Shown one piece after another: positions 18,199-27,964 of a stretch of DNA of 41,031 nt. Position 1 is the stretch's first letter. Every line of letters begins with the position of its first letter. This DNA comes from Chloroflexota bacterium (GTDB lineage Bacteria > Chloroflexota > Anaerolineae > Anaerolineales > UBA4823). Where the stretch lies: assembly GCA_037444705.1 (NCBI GenBank), contig JBBILY010000005.1, positions 1-41,031 on the forward strand, written 5' to 3'. The notes beneath the pieces were generated by a model that ran no database searches, was not told the DNA's origin, and worked only from the letters and a program-made list of their open reading frames with translations. Both the position numbers and the translations under genes were made by a program.

Positions 18199-19185
18199 AT
18201 GACAGCCGTCGCCGAAAGGAAACACGCCGCGGGACAACGCCCCGGATGGGCGGATGAAATGACCGCCATCTTGGACGCCTATCAGCAGGCGGGCGGCGAT
18301 CCCCAATCCCTGCAACTGCCCGAGGTGGCAACCCTGGTGGTCAGTGCTAACAATGTGTTGGTTGCCCACGAGATTGCGGGGGTTCACTTCGAGGCGGAGT
18401 CGCTGGAAAACGGCGTGAAGGCGCGCATCATGATCGAAGCTGGTGCAAAGATCGAACGGCCTGTGCATCTATGCTTTGGCGTCATCCCGGCCGAGGGCGT
18501 ACAGGAAATTCTGGCCGATTACGAGATCGGCGAGGGCGCCAAAGCCCAGTTTCTGGCGCATTGTTCCTTCCCCAATGCGGTGAAGGTACAGCATCGCATG
18601 CAGGCGCGCATTCACGTGGGCAGGAACGCCAGCCTGACCTATACCGAGGAACATTTTCATGGTCGGAGCGGCGGGGTGGAGGTCCTGCCTCGGGCCGAGG
18701 TGCGCGTTGAGGATGGCGGATGTTTTATCACCACTTTTAGCCTGACGCGCGGGCGGGTGGGTACGCTGGCACTGGACTACGTGGTAGAAATTGGCGCTGG
18801 GGCAGTAGCCGAAATGACCACCAAGGTCTACGGCACAGGGGATGACCAGATCACCGTCAATGAAGTGATGGGCCTGAACGGAAGCCATGCGCGCGGCTTG
18901 ATCAAGACTCGCGTGGCCGTCCGGGATCGGGCCCAAAGTCAAGTATATACCACGATGGAAGGCAATGCTCCTGGTGCGCGCGGCCACATGGATTGCACAG
19001 AAATTGTGCGCGATTTCGCCGAGGCGCGCAATACGCCACTGGTCATTGTCCGCGACGACCAGGCCCAGGTCACACACGAGGCTGCTATTGGGACTGTCAA
19101 TCGGAAAGAGCTGGAATCACTCCTGGCGCGCGGATTGGACGAGGACGAAGCCGTGGATTTGATCATCCGGGGCATGATCCGTTGA
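18199..19185 (+). CDS. sufB: SufB/D-like scaffold (SmsB type)
   Basis: PVHLCFG, HC.FPNA, ARGH.DC.EI, VTHEAAIG..L.ARGL.E.EA..I..G. Confidence 0.88.
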   Translation: MTAVAERKHAAGQRPGWADEMTAILDAYQQAGGDPQSLQLPEVATLVVSANNVLVAHEIAGVHFEAESLENGVKARIMIEAGAKIERPVHLCFGVIPAEGVQEILADYEIGEGAKAQFLAHCSFPNAVKVQHRMQARIHVGRNASLTYTEEHFHGRSGGVEVLPRAEVRVEDGGCFITTFSLTRGRVGTLALDYVVEIGAGAVAEMTTKVYGTGDDQITVNEVMGLNGSHARGLIKTRVAVRDRAQSQVYTTMEGNAPGARGHMDCTEIVRDFAEARNTPLVIVRDDQAQVTHEAAIGTVNRKELESLLARGLDEDEAVDLIIRGMIR

Positions 19186-19342
19186 TGGCGAGGATGAGAG
19201 CATGAAATCCTTCCGCCGCATTCAAATTCGTTGCCTGTGCATGTGGGGGTGCACCCCTTGGGCATCCCGCCCGCCACCCTGGCATCCATTATTTGTTGAT
19301 TTCGTTCCCTGCTCTCTTTAGCTCTCGAATTGGAGGTGTGAT

Positions 19343-20263
19343 ATGACAACGATTATGAAACCAACGCCCTGGTGGCGCGGGCAACTCCCCACCGCAGTGC
19401 TTCTGATCATCATCTTCGCGCTGACGGTGTGGGCGCTGGTTACCGGAATTGGCGCAGCAAGTGGTGTTTCGCCAATGCACGTTTTGAAAGGGGTGATACT
19501 GATCGTGGTCGGCTTTCTGGCCGGCCTGCTTGGTGGATTGATTGGCACTGGCGGTTGCAGTGTGATGCTGCCTGTCATCCATTTCTGGATGGGTTATCCG
19601 GCCCCGATTGCGGTCGGCACCACTCTTTTTGCTGTGTTCTTCACCGCCCTCTCTGGTGGCTACGGTCACCTGGTTCGCCGCAATCTCGATCTGCGTGCCT
19701 TTCTGTGGTTAGGCGGCGCCGGCGTTCTCGGCGTGCTGCTCGGTTCTTGGCTGTTTACATTGCTCTCCTCCCACGCCGCTCTTCTGGGCCTGATCCTTGG
19801 GCTGATCTTCCTCTGGCCCGCCATTCGCATGGTTTATGAAGGCGTGGTCCAACAAACCATGCCCCAGCGTGAAGGGGCGAAGATCACCGCATCGGCTTGG
19901 GGGATGGCCGTCTTTGGGTTTATCGTCGGTATCGCCACAGGAATCGCTGGCGTAGGTGGAGGCTACGCCCTGGTACCGGGCTTGATCTACCTCTTCGGCG
20001 CGCCGGTGTACATCACCATGGGCACCTCGCTAGCCACCATGATCCCGTTGTCTGCGGTCGGTGGTGGCATCAAACTTGCCCAGGGCTTTGTGGACTTGGC
20101 CACCGGGCTAATTCTGGCGGCCGGGACGATCGTCGGGGCCCAGGTAGGCGCAGCGGTGATCAAGCGCTTCAAGCCCGCTACGTTAAAACTCATCTTTGGC
20201 CTGTATTTCCTCTACGTAGCGGTTAAGTTCATCACCGCCTACTTTGGCATCCGCATCTGGTAG
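19343..20263 (+). CDS. TSUP (TauE/SafE) sulfur-compound exporter
   Basis: G..GGL.G.GG..P, A.GT.L, G..GVGGG..VP, GTSL repeats. Confidence 0.88.
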   Translation: MTTIMKPTPWWRGQLPTAVLLIIIFALTVWALVTGIGAASGVSPMHVLKGVILIVVGFLAGLLGGLIGTGGCSVMLPVIHFWMGYPAPIAVGTTLFAVFFTALSGGYGHLVRRNLDLRAFLWLGGAGVLGVLLGSWLFTLLSSHAALLGLILGLIFLWPAIRMVYEGVVQQTMPQREGAKITASAWGMAVFGFIVGIATGIAGVGGGYALVPGLIYLFGAPVYITMGTSLATMIPLSAVGGGIKLAQGFVDLATGLILAAGTIVGAQVGAAVIKRFKPATLKLIFGLYFLYVAVKFITAYFGIRIW

Positions 20264-20351
20264 GTGCAGGGTTGAAACGCCGGGACACTGCCGATGTGAC
20301 AAACCACGGGGAGTGTCCCGGCTTTCAAGCATTAAACAAAGGAAAAAAACT

Positions 20352-20750
20352 ATGGACTCACAAATCAACCCTATACCCGCTCCCGCAATGGTCAAAACAG
20401 ACCCCCACCAAGCCGCCCAGGCCCTGGGGCGTCTTCTGCGCCAGACGGCGGAATACGAGGCTTTTCTGCAAGCCCTCAAGGCAGTCAACGACGACCTAAC
20501 CGTCCAAAGGCTCGCGGCGCAGATGCGTGTCCACCAATATGCCTTACAATGGGGCCGCGACGGCGCCGGCCAGCACGCATCCGAACTGGAGCGCCTGGAA
20601 CAGGAAATGGAAGCTTTGCCATTGGTGAAAACATATCGCCAGGCTGAAATGGAAGTGCGGCGGTTGTTCCAGGCTGTGGATGAGATCATCAGCCAGGAAG
20701 CCGGCGTGGCTTTTGCGGCGAACGCCAAACGCGGCGGATGCTGTGGGTAG
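20352..20750 (+). CDS. YlbF/YmcA (RicF-like) protein with C-terminal GGCCG
   Basis: A..LG..L..T.EY..F..A..P.V..Y..AE..L...V..II helical pattern. Confidence 0.75.
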   Translation: MDSQINPIPAPAMVKTDPHQAAQALGRLLRQTAEYEAFLQALKAVNDDLTVQRLAAQMRVHQYALQWGRDGAGQHASELERLEQEMEALPLVKTYRQAEMEVRRLFQAVDEIISQEAGVAFAANAKRGGCCG

Positions 20751-20762
20751 CGGAGGTTCAAA

Positions 20763-21128
20763 ATGGATTTGACAGAAACACTCAAAAACGCAGCCCTGGC
20801 TTTGGGAAAATCCCTGCGCCAGGATGATTTTATGCGCGCATACCTCGAAGCGCTCGAAGCGTTCCAAGCCGACCCCGAAGCCAGGCGACTCGAAGAACAG
20901 TTGTACGCCACTTATGACGCTTTAGTCGCCCGCCAGCAAGCCGGCGAACAGATCAGCCGCGAGGAGATACAGCAATTCCAAGAATTGCGCCGTCAGGTGC
21001 AAACACATCCGCTCATTTCCAAACGAGAGAACGAATTACGCTTGATCAGGCCTTACCTGGCTGACATTGCCGACGAGATCAGCGCCTTATTGGGAGTGGA
21101 CTACACTATCCTGGCCAGGGCAGAATAA
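20763..21128 (+). CDS. YlbF/YmcA (RicA-like) protein
   Basis: A..LG..L..Y..A..DPEA..L..QQ.GE..HP.I..L..I..IS. Confidence 0.75.
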   Translation: MDLTETLKNAALALGKSLRQDDFMRAYLEALEAFQADPEARRLEEQLYATYDALVARQQAGEQISREEIQQFQELRRQVQTHPLISKRENELRLIRPYLADIADEISALLGVDYTILARAE

Positions 21129-21146
21129 AACTTTGGAGGTAAAGAG

Positions 21147-21551
21147 ATGAAGATCGCCGCAGTTTCCGAAGACGGCGTGACCATCAGCCAGCATTTTGGC
21201 CGCGCCCCGTTTTACGTCGTCGTCACCGTCGAAGATGGAGTCATTATCGCTCGCGAGACCCGAGACAAGATGGGCCATGCCCAGTTCGCCGGAGAACCGC
21301 ATAACGAAGAATCTCATGGCGCAGACCCGCGGGGGCATTTCGACCCGGCGGCGCAGAACCGTCATGCCCGCATGGCCGCCGCCATTGCCGATTGTCAGAT
21401 TCTTCTGACGCGTGGCATGGGCGCCGGCGCCTACGAAAGCATGAAACAGGCCGGCATCCGTCCCATCGTCACCGACGTGGCTAACATCGAAGAAGCCGCC
21501 CTGGCCGCGGCCCGCGGCGAATTGACTGACCATGTGGAGCGTCTGCATTGA
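21147..21551 (+). CDS. NifB/NifX-family metallocluster-binding protein
   Basis: MKIA..DG..ISQHFGRAP.Y..DC.....GMG.GA..GI. Confidence 0.9.
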   Translation: MKIAAVSEDGVTISQHFGRAPFYVVVTVEDGVIIARETRDKMGHAQFAGEPHNEESHGADPRGHFDPAAQNRHARMAAAIADCQILLTRGMGAGAYESMKQAGIRPIVTDVANIEEAALAAARGELTDHVERLH

Positions 21552-21811
21552 GCGCGAAAGCCAGCATCAAAGTGCTCGGTGCAAACTGTGGCGCCTGCCG
21601 CAATATGTACAAGGCCGTCAGCCGCTTCATCGCCCGCGAGGGCCTCGACGTGGAGGTCGAATACGTGCAGGATGTGGAGCGCATCCTGGCCTACAACGTC
21701 ATGGCGACGCCGCTGCTGGTGATCAATGAGCAAGTGGCCATGGTCGGCTTTCGTGGGTCGGCGAAAATCGAACAGGTCATCCGCGAGCATCTCAATGAGG
21801 CCAGTCTTTGA
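21548..21811 (+). CDS. MTH895-type thioredoxin (CGAC)
   Basis: IKVLG.NCxxC..Y.VM.TP.LVINE..G. Confidence 0.82.
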   Translation: MSAKASIKVLGANCGACRNMYKAVSRFIAREGLDVEVEYVQDVERILAYNVMATPLLVINEQVAMVGFRGSAKIEQVIREHLNEASL

Positions 21812-21862
21812 TGGGTTATGCCCCTCCGACTTGCCTGAAAATCCAAAATCAAGGAGATTTCC

Positions 21863-22261
21863 ATGTCCAACGATACATTTTCCCAATGGCTGAGCCGACT
21901 TGATTTTGAGTATTGGAGCACTGGTCAGCACAAGATCGAACCGCCTGTCTTCTTCGAGAAGTGGGCAAAGGGCGAAGCCGTCCTGCTGGATGTGCGCGCA
22001 CCGGAAGAACGCGAGTTCCTGCGCTTTCCCTTTGCGCTGGAGATTCCCATCAACGAATTGCCTGCCCGCCTGAACGAGATTCCGCGCGACAAAATCGTGG
22101 CCACGCTCTGCACCGCGGGTGACCGCTCGAATGTAGCCTTTGCCTACCTGCAGGCGCAGGGCTTCGACAACATCCGCATCATTTCGGGCGGCTATGCCAG
22201 CATCATCCCCGAAGTCTGGCCCGGCAAAGTCCGCAAGACCTTGCAGGCGAAGAACGGCTAG
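21863..22261 (+). CDS. rhodanese-like sulfurtransferase
   Basis: LLDVR..EE..IP..EL..RL.EIP.DK..CTAGDRS..L...GF..GG. Confidence 0.9.
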   Translation: MSNDTFSQWLSRLDFEYWSTGQHKIEPPVFFEKWAKGEAVLLDVRAPEEREFLRFPFALEIPINELPARLNEIPRDKIVATLCTAGDRSNVAFAYLQAQGFDNIRIISGGYASIIPEVWPGKVRKTLQAKNG

Positions 22262-22265
22262 GGCT

Positions 22266-22294
22266 TGTAGTGCAAGTCAGAGACTTGCACTACA
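22266..22294. repeat. GTAG-type REP palindrome, copy 1
   Basis: TGTAGTGCAAGTC-AGA-GACTTGCACTACA. Confidence 0.75.
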
Positions 22295-22330
22295 TTTTGC
22301 CGGCGCCTTATTCGATTTACAGAATATAAA

Positions 22331-23077
22331 ATGAGCCTCTACATCGTCAGTGCAATGCTTGTTCTCGTCTTCTCCGGCTTGATGGCAATGGCTGGGTTGG
22401 GCGCGGCTTTCCTCTTCGTGCCGCTGTTTTACTATCTCGGCGTGCCGCTGGCGGAAGCCACGCCCACTGCCTTGCTGCTCAACGTGGTCAGCCTGTTGCT
22501 CGCCGCCTTCAACTACTGGCGCGGCAAACTGATCAACTGGCGGGTGGGACTGCCCGTGCTGGTTGCCGCCGTCATCCTCTCGCCGCTCGGCGCGCGCCTG
22601 ACGCCCTATGTGGACAAGAAAATTCTGCTAGCGCTCTTTGCCGCTTTTCTGGTTTTTGCCGGCTTTATGATGTTGTTTTACAAACCAAAGCAACGTCAGA
22701 AGAGCCTCAGCCGCACAACTGAAATCGGCGCGGGAGTCGGCGTCGGGTCCGTGGCGGGATTTTTGGGCGGTCTGCTCGGCGTCGGTGGCGGGAACTTTAT
22801 CCTGCCTGTCTTGAATTGGATCGGACTCGACGCAAAAGTCGCCACGGGGACAACCTCTCTCGTTGTCGTCTTTTCTTCATTTTCGGGCTTTCTCGGTCAC
22901 GCCACGATGGGCAGGCTGGATCCCGTTTTCGTGGGCATCACCGCGCTGATGGCAGCGCTCGGCTCCATCCTCGGCTCGCAGTTGATGAAGACCAAAGTGT
23001 CGAGCGCGCAACTCAAAAAGATGATCGGCGTTCTGCTCTGGCTGATCGCCGCAAAGATGATCTTCGATTGGCTGTAG
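22331..23077 (+). CDS. TSUP (TauE/SafE) exporter
   Basis: AGLGAA..FVP, G..GGLLGVGGG..P, A.GTT. Confidence 0.88.
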   Translation: MSLYIVSAMLVLVFSGLMAMAGLGAAFLFVPLFYYLGVPLAEATPTALLLNVVSLLLAAFNYWRGKLINWRVGLPVLVAAVILSPLGARLTPYVDKKILLALFAAFLVFAGFMMLFYKPKQRQKSLSRTTEIGAGVGVGSVAGFLGGLLGVGGGNFILPVLNWIGLDAKVATGTTSLVVVFSSFSGFLGHATMGRLDPVFVGITALMAALGSILGSQLMKTKVSSAQLKKMIGVLLWLIAAKMIFDWL

Positions 23078-23084
23078 CGCAAAC

Positions 23085-23113
23085 TGTAGCGCAAGTCATT
23101 GACTTGCGCTACA
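23085..23113. repeat. GTAG-type REP palindrome, copy 2
   Basis: TGTAGCGCAAGTC-ATT-GACTTGCGCTACA, preceded by a duplicated CTGTAGCGCAA (23072-23082). Confidence 0.75.
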
Positions 23114-23131
23114 TACTACAAAGGGTTCACT

Positions 23132-24148
23132 ATGCTCAAAACCTTCCAAAAATCTACCAAAGTTGTAGAAGGCAACCTGGTTATCTTCCTGTTGCTTTCC
23201 ATCGTGGCGGGAGTTGCCTTCGGCTGGGCATACCCGGCTGCCGCGAAAGGGCTGAAGAACTATACAACCCTGGTCCTGTTCATCATGCTCTACCCGATGA
23301 TGATTGGGCTGCGCATCGAAGAGGTGGGCAAGGCGATGATGAACCTGAAACTTATCAGCCTGTCCATGCTGTTCAACTTTGTGTTTTCGCCGCTGCTGGC
23401 GGCGGGACTGGCGTATCTCTTTCTGCACAACCGCCCTGAGTTTGCCGTCGGCTTGATCTTGACGGGAACCGTACCGTGCGCAGGGATGGTGGCAGCCTGG
23501 ATGGGCTACGCCAAGGGCAACGTGGCGCTGGCGCTGGTGATTGTGGCGCTCAGCCTGCTGGTCAGCATCGTCATGATTCCCGTCTGGATGCCGATTTTGG
23601 CGGGCGTGTATGTGCAGATTGACGCCTGGGGCATGTTCAAGGAAATTCTGCTGGCGGTGGTCGTGCCGCTGATTTTGGGCGGCCTGAGCCGCGGCGCCAT
23701 CTTCCGTTTTTGGGGGCAGGACGGCTTCAAGGAAGTCAAGCCGATATTGCCGGGCGTTTCCATGCTGGGCATGTACATCATCGTTTTCATCTCGATGGCG
23801 CTGGAAGCCAACAACGTCCTGCATAACCCGCAATACTTCCTGATCGTCCTCGTCCCGCTGACGGTCTTTTATGCCATCCTGTTCTCCGGCTCGGTGCTGT
23901 TCTCGCGCTGGATGAGATTCACTTATGAGGATATGGTCGCCTATGCCTATGGTGTGGCAGGTAAGAATATCTCGATTGCCCTGGCGCTGTCGACCATCTT
24001 CTTTGCCCCGCTGACAGTGTTGGTGCTGGCGCTCAAGCCCATCATCCAGATTACCTTCATGGCGACTTTCCTGCGGATTGCCCCGCAGTTGGAAAAGTGG
24101 TTCGCTCACGCGCCGCATCACCCCGAGAAAGCGATTGCCCAGGTATGA
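23132..24148 (+). CDS. acr3: Acr3/BASS-family transporter (arsenite efflux-like)
   Basis: MLYPMM, N....PLL, GLIL...PCAGMV..W..AKGN, N...ALAL. Confidence 0.75.
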   Translation: MLKTFQKSTKVVEGNLVIFLLLSIVAGVAFGWAYPAAAKGLKNYTTLVLFIMLYPMMIGLRIEEVGKAMMNLKLISLSMLFNFVFSPLLAAGLAYLFLHNRPEFAVGLILTGTVPCAGMVAAWMGYAKGNVALALVIVALSLLVSIVMIPVWMPILAGVYVQIDAWGMFKEILLAVVVPLILGGLSRGAIFRFWGQDGFKEVKPILPGVSMLGMYIIVFISMALEANNVLHNPQYFLIVLVPLTVFYAILFSGSVLFSRWMRFTYEDMVAYAYGVAGKNISIALALSTIFFAPLTVLVLALKPIIQITFMATFLRIAPQLEKWFAHAPHHPEKAIAQV

Positions 24149-24569
24149 AAAGAAAGACTGTATCCTTGTCTTATCACGTCACTGCCACGATTCAAGAATA
24201 CTCTCACGCGCTGGTGGAAGCGCGCGGACACCGCCTAACGCTCAACGTCAAGAAGGGCGCGGGTGAAGCGGGCTTCAACGCCGCCGAGACTTTGCTCGCC
24301 GCGCTAGGCGCGTGCATTCTGACCAACGTCAATGCCATCGGCGCGAAAATGCGCTTGCAAATTGACGAAGCCCGCATCGAGTTTGTAGCCGAGCACCGCG
24401 ATGAACCGCCCGCGCTGACGGGAATCCGCTATCGGCTGATTCTCAAAAGTCCCGGATCGGGCGAAAAACTGGAAGAACTGCACGACTTGTGTGTCAAATG
24501 GGCACCGTCACCAACACCCTCATCAACGGGCTGACCCCGCAGGGCGTTTTGGAAGTTAAGCAATCATGA
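24145..24569 (+). pseudogene. OsmC-family protein, frameshift at GGG 24500-24502
   Basis: N..ETLLAALGAC. One added G gives KWGTVTNTL..KQS*, ending in an ATGA overlap with the next gene. Confidence 0.8.
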
Positions 24570-25096
24570 ACCCTCATCCCAGCAAGACCCTCGACAACGA
24601 ATTCGCCCTCTCGATGGTTTTCACCGCTGCGATTTTGATTGCCGAAGTCGTGGGTGGACTGTGGACGAGCAGCCTGGCCCTGCTCTCGGACGCGGCGCAC
24701 GTCTTCATGGACATCTTCGCCCTGGCGCTCAGTTACCTGGCCCTGCGCCTCTCCGCCCTGCCTGCGGATGTCCGTCACACCTACGGCTATCACTGCCTGG
24801 AAGTATTCGCCGCCCTCATCAACGGCAGCGCCCTCGGCGCGATTGCCATCGAAATTTTCAGCGAATCGTGGCAGTGCTGGCTCCACCCACAACCCATCAA
24901 GAGCGCGGATATGCTGGCGATTGCCGTCATCGGTCTGGTCGTCAACCTGGTGGTGGCGTTTGTCCTCGGCGGACATGCCTATCTGAATGAACATGAGGAA
25001 GGCGAAGAAGACCACATCCTGGCCGAGATAGAGAAGGTGCGGCATCAGGGCAGTGCCAAGCTAAAAAGACCCTCATTATGGGAGACTCCACTGTGA
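24566..25096 (+). pseudogene. CDF (CzcD-like) cation efflux transporter, truncated
   Basis: E..GG....SLALLSDAAH..D, TYGY..LE..AL.N. TM5-6 and most of the C-terminal domain are missing. Confidence 0.8.
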
Positions 25097-26568
25097 AACG
25101 AGCCGCAACGCTTCTTTTTCTCACGATAAGCCTGTTCATATTTACCCTGGTCTTTATTCCGGCCCAGGCTGCGCCAGAAACACAGGCCACCCCACATCCA
25201 TTGCCAACATACAAAGCCTGTCATATTTGCGATGAGGGTCTCCCGCAGCCAGTCGTCCACGTCATCTTGTTCTGGATGAAGGGCTGCTCTCACTGCCATG
25301 AGGTGCTGGAAAATGTCCTGCCCCCGTTGCAGGAGAGATACGGCGCGCAGTTGGATGTCTTGTTGATAGAAGTGGTCAGCATGGAAGACGTGAACCGCCT
25401 CTACGAAGTGGCGGCTGCATATGGCATTCCCCGTGAGCAGGTAGGCGTGCCATTTCTCATCATTGGCGAGCGCGTGCTGATCGGCTCGCAGCAAATTCCG
25501 GAGGGACTGCCTGGCTTGATCAAATATTATCTTGCTCAGGGCGGTGTGGACAGACCCGAAATCCCCAACCTGGACGAATTCCTTCTCCAAGCCACGCCAA
25601 CCTCGCAGGCTGCCCCCGCGATTGGCGGCCTAGTCGTGCGCGCTACCCTGTTCACTACGCCCGAGTGCCGCGATTGCCAACTGATTATTGCCCAGGCGCT
25701 GAGCCCGCTCTATCAACAATACGGCGAGCAGTTGCAAGTCCTGACGATTGATGTAGTTCACTCAGCCGATGTGGAGTATCTCTATCGGGTAGCGGCTGGG
25801 TATGGCCTCTCCAGCGATGAAGTGAATTTGCCGTTGCTCATCATGGGCGACCATGTGCTGATGGTCGAGGAAATTCCCGCCCAACTGCCCTCGCTGGTCG
25901 AGTCCTACCTGGCTCAGGGCGGCGTAGACTTCCCCTCCCTGCCGCCGCGCAGCGGCGCGACAGCCATGCCTGTTCCCACTATCTCGCCCACTCAGAGTGT
26001 TTCTGCTGCCCCTGTGCAGGTGCAATCCAATGGCTTCGCGCTGGCAATCGTCACCATGGTGTTGATGGTTGCCGCGTTGCTATACAGCCTGATCGCCCTT
26101 TGGCGGGGTGTAACCTTATCCCTGCCTGTGTGGGCAGATTGGCTCGTCCCCATCCTGATCGTGATTGGCATCGGCATCGCGGCGTATCTCTCGTATGTCG
26201 AGACGCAAGCCATCGAAGCCGTTTGCGGTCCCGTCGGCGACTGCAACACCGTCCAGCAAAGCCGCTATGCCAGGTTGTTCGGTGTTCTTCCTGTTGGCGT
26301 GTTTGGCCTACTCGGATATTTTGCCCTTCTCGTTGCCTGGCTGACGCGGAAACTCCTTCCCAAACTCGAAAAGCCTGCTGCTATCGGTTTCTTTAGCCTG
26401 GCTTTCTTCGCTGTACTCTTTTCGCTTTACCTTACTTACCTGGAGCCATTCGTCATTCGCGCCGTGTGCCTGTGGTGTCTCACCTCCGCAGTCATTGTGA
26501 CTTTACTGCTTCTGCTAGGGACGCCGCCTGCCATCCTTCAATTCGCAATTTCAGACGAGGGTGAATAA
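25093..26568 (+). CDS. exported double-thioredoxin-VKOR fusion
   Basis: Signal peptide, CSHC..GVP, CRDC..NLP, VKOR C....C..V..S.Y..GV.V..G..Y..C.WC. Confidence 0.88.
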   Translation: MKRAATLLFLTISLFIFTLVFIPAQAAPETQATPHPLPTYKACHICDEGLPQPVVHVILFWMKGCSHCHEVLENVLPPLQERYGAQLDVLLIEVVSMEDVNRLYEVAAAYGIPREQVGVPFLIIGERVLIGSQQIPEGLPGLIKYYLAQGGVDRPEIPNLDEFLLQATPTSQAAPAIGGLVVRATLFTTPECRDCQLIIAQALSPLYQQYGEQLQVLTIDVVHSADVEYLYRVAAGYGLSSDEVNLPLLIMGDHVLMVEEIPAQLPSLVESYLAQGGVDFPSLPPRSGATAMPVPTISPTQSVSAAPVQVQSNGFALAIVTMVLMVAALLYSLIALWRGVTLSLPVWADWLVPILIVIGIGIAAYLSYVETQAIEAVCGPVGDCNTVQQSRYARLFGVLPVGVFGLLGYFALLVAWLTRKLLPKLEKPAAIGFFSLAFFAVLFSLYLTYLEPFVIRAVCLWCLTSAVIVTLLLLLGTPPAILQFAISDEGE

Positions 26569-26574
26569 TATTTT

Positions 26575-26988
26575 ATGGATGACTTACGCCTTTTAACCGT
26601 CTTCGCTCACCCCGACGATGAAACCTTCCGTCCTGGGGGAACAGTGGCTTTGTTGGCGCGGCAGGGCGTGCGCGTCGAGGTGCTGACCTTTGGCGCGGAC
26701 GGTCTTTCGGGTCATCCCGACCACATCGCTATCGGGCTTGCCGCCGCCGAAGCTTGCCGCCGCGCCGAAGAGGTCGTCGCGCTCTATACCGTTGCCGTGC
26801 CGCGCTCGCTGGCGGAAAGTCTGGGCATGAGGCAAATTCGTGCCGTGCCTGATGAAAACATCGCGCGATCGGTGGGCGTCTCAGCAGTCTGGGATGTCAG
26901 GATGTCTGCCATGCGCTGCTGCCGCGGGCCTCAAGTCTCCGGCTCAGGGATTGGAAGCCCGCTTCAGCGGGCTGGAGCAGATACCTAA
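26575..26988 (+). pseudogene. PIG-L/MshB-family deacetylase with internal deletion
   Basis: AHPDDE..GG is joined almost directly to TFG.DG.SGHPDH. The central part is absent. Confidence 0.78.
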
Positions 26989-27019
26989 GCCGCCTTGAGG
27001 CGCTGACAAAGGATTTGCA

Positions 27020-27964
27020 ATGACCGAAGCCATTCAAGTTGAGGGATTAACCAAAATTTTCACCGTCCAGGGGCGCCCGCCCCTGCGCGCCGTGGATGGG
27101 ATTGACTTCACCGTCCACGAGGGCGAGGTCTTTGGCTTCCTCGGCCCCAATGGCGCCGGTAAGACAACCACCATCCGCATGTTGACCGGTCTCTCGCGCC
27201 CCAACGCGGGCAGGGCACAGGTGCTGGGGCTGGACCTGGCCGCCGACCTGCCGCGCATCAAGAAGCGCATTGGGGTCGTGCCAGAGGCTTCCAACCTGTA
27301 CGACGAACTGACCGCTTTCGACAACCTGGTCTTTGCCATGCAGTTGTACGGTGTGCCACGCCGTGAGCGCAAGCTGCGCGCCGAAGCCCTGCTTGAGCGC
27401 TTCCGCCTGAGCGAAAAACGCGATACGCCCTTCGCCAAACTATCGCGCGGCATGAAGCGTGCCTTGACCATCGCCGCCGCCCTAGCACACCGCCCTCCGC
27501 TGATCTTCCTGGACGAACCCACCACTGGCCTGGACGTGATGAGCGCCCGCAGCCTGCGCCAGATGATTGCTCATCTGCGCGACGAGGGCGCGACTGTCTT
27601 CCTGACCACGCACTACCTGGAGGAAGCCGAGCGCCTGTGTGACCGCGTCGCGATCATCGTCCGGGGACGGATCGTCGCCCTGGACACGGTAGCTGGCCTC
27701 AGGTCTGGGACGAAGCGCAAGACCATTGTGGAGGTGACGTTGGAAGGGACCGGCGGTCAGCCCGAAAAGCGGCGGCTCGCATGCGAGGACGGCGTCGAAT
27801 CCGCCGTGCGGCGTCTGCTAGATGAAGCCAGCGGGCGGCGCGTCCTGGCCGTGGATACCCTGCGTCCCTCGCTGGAGGAGGTCTTCGTCGAACTGACCGG
27901 CCTGAGCGCCGAGGTGATGCTGGCCGAGAAGGGCGGCAAAGGAGGCGGCAATGCTAACGGATGA
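27020..27964 (+). CDS. ABC-2 exporter ATP-binding protein
   Basis: GPNGAGKTT, LSRGMKR, FLDEPTTGLD, TTHYLEEA. Confidence 0.93.
   Translation: MTEAIQVEGLTKIFTVQGRPPLRAVDGIDFTVHEGEVFGFLGPNGAGKTTTIRMLTGLSRPNAGRAQVLGLDLAADLPRIKKRIGVVPEASNLYDELTAFDNLVFAMQLYGVPRRERKLRAEALLERFRLSEKRDTPFAKLSRGMKRALTIAAALAHRPPLIFLDEPTTGLDVMSARSLRQMIAHLRDEGATVFLTTHYLEEAERLCDRVAIIVRGRIVALDTVAGLRSGTKRKTIVEVTLEGTGGQPEKRRLACEDGVESAVRRLLDEASGRRVLAVDTLRPSLEEVFVELTGLSAEVMLAEKGGKGGGNANG

Noticed and set aside
21147-21551. Nitrogen fixation
   Set aside because: NifX-like domains are widespread and no nifHDK/ENB genes are present.
23096-24121. 341-aa minus-strand ORF
   Set aside because: Antisense shadow of the Acr3-like gene.
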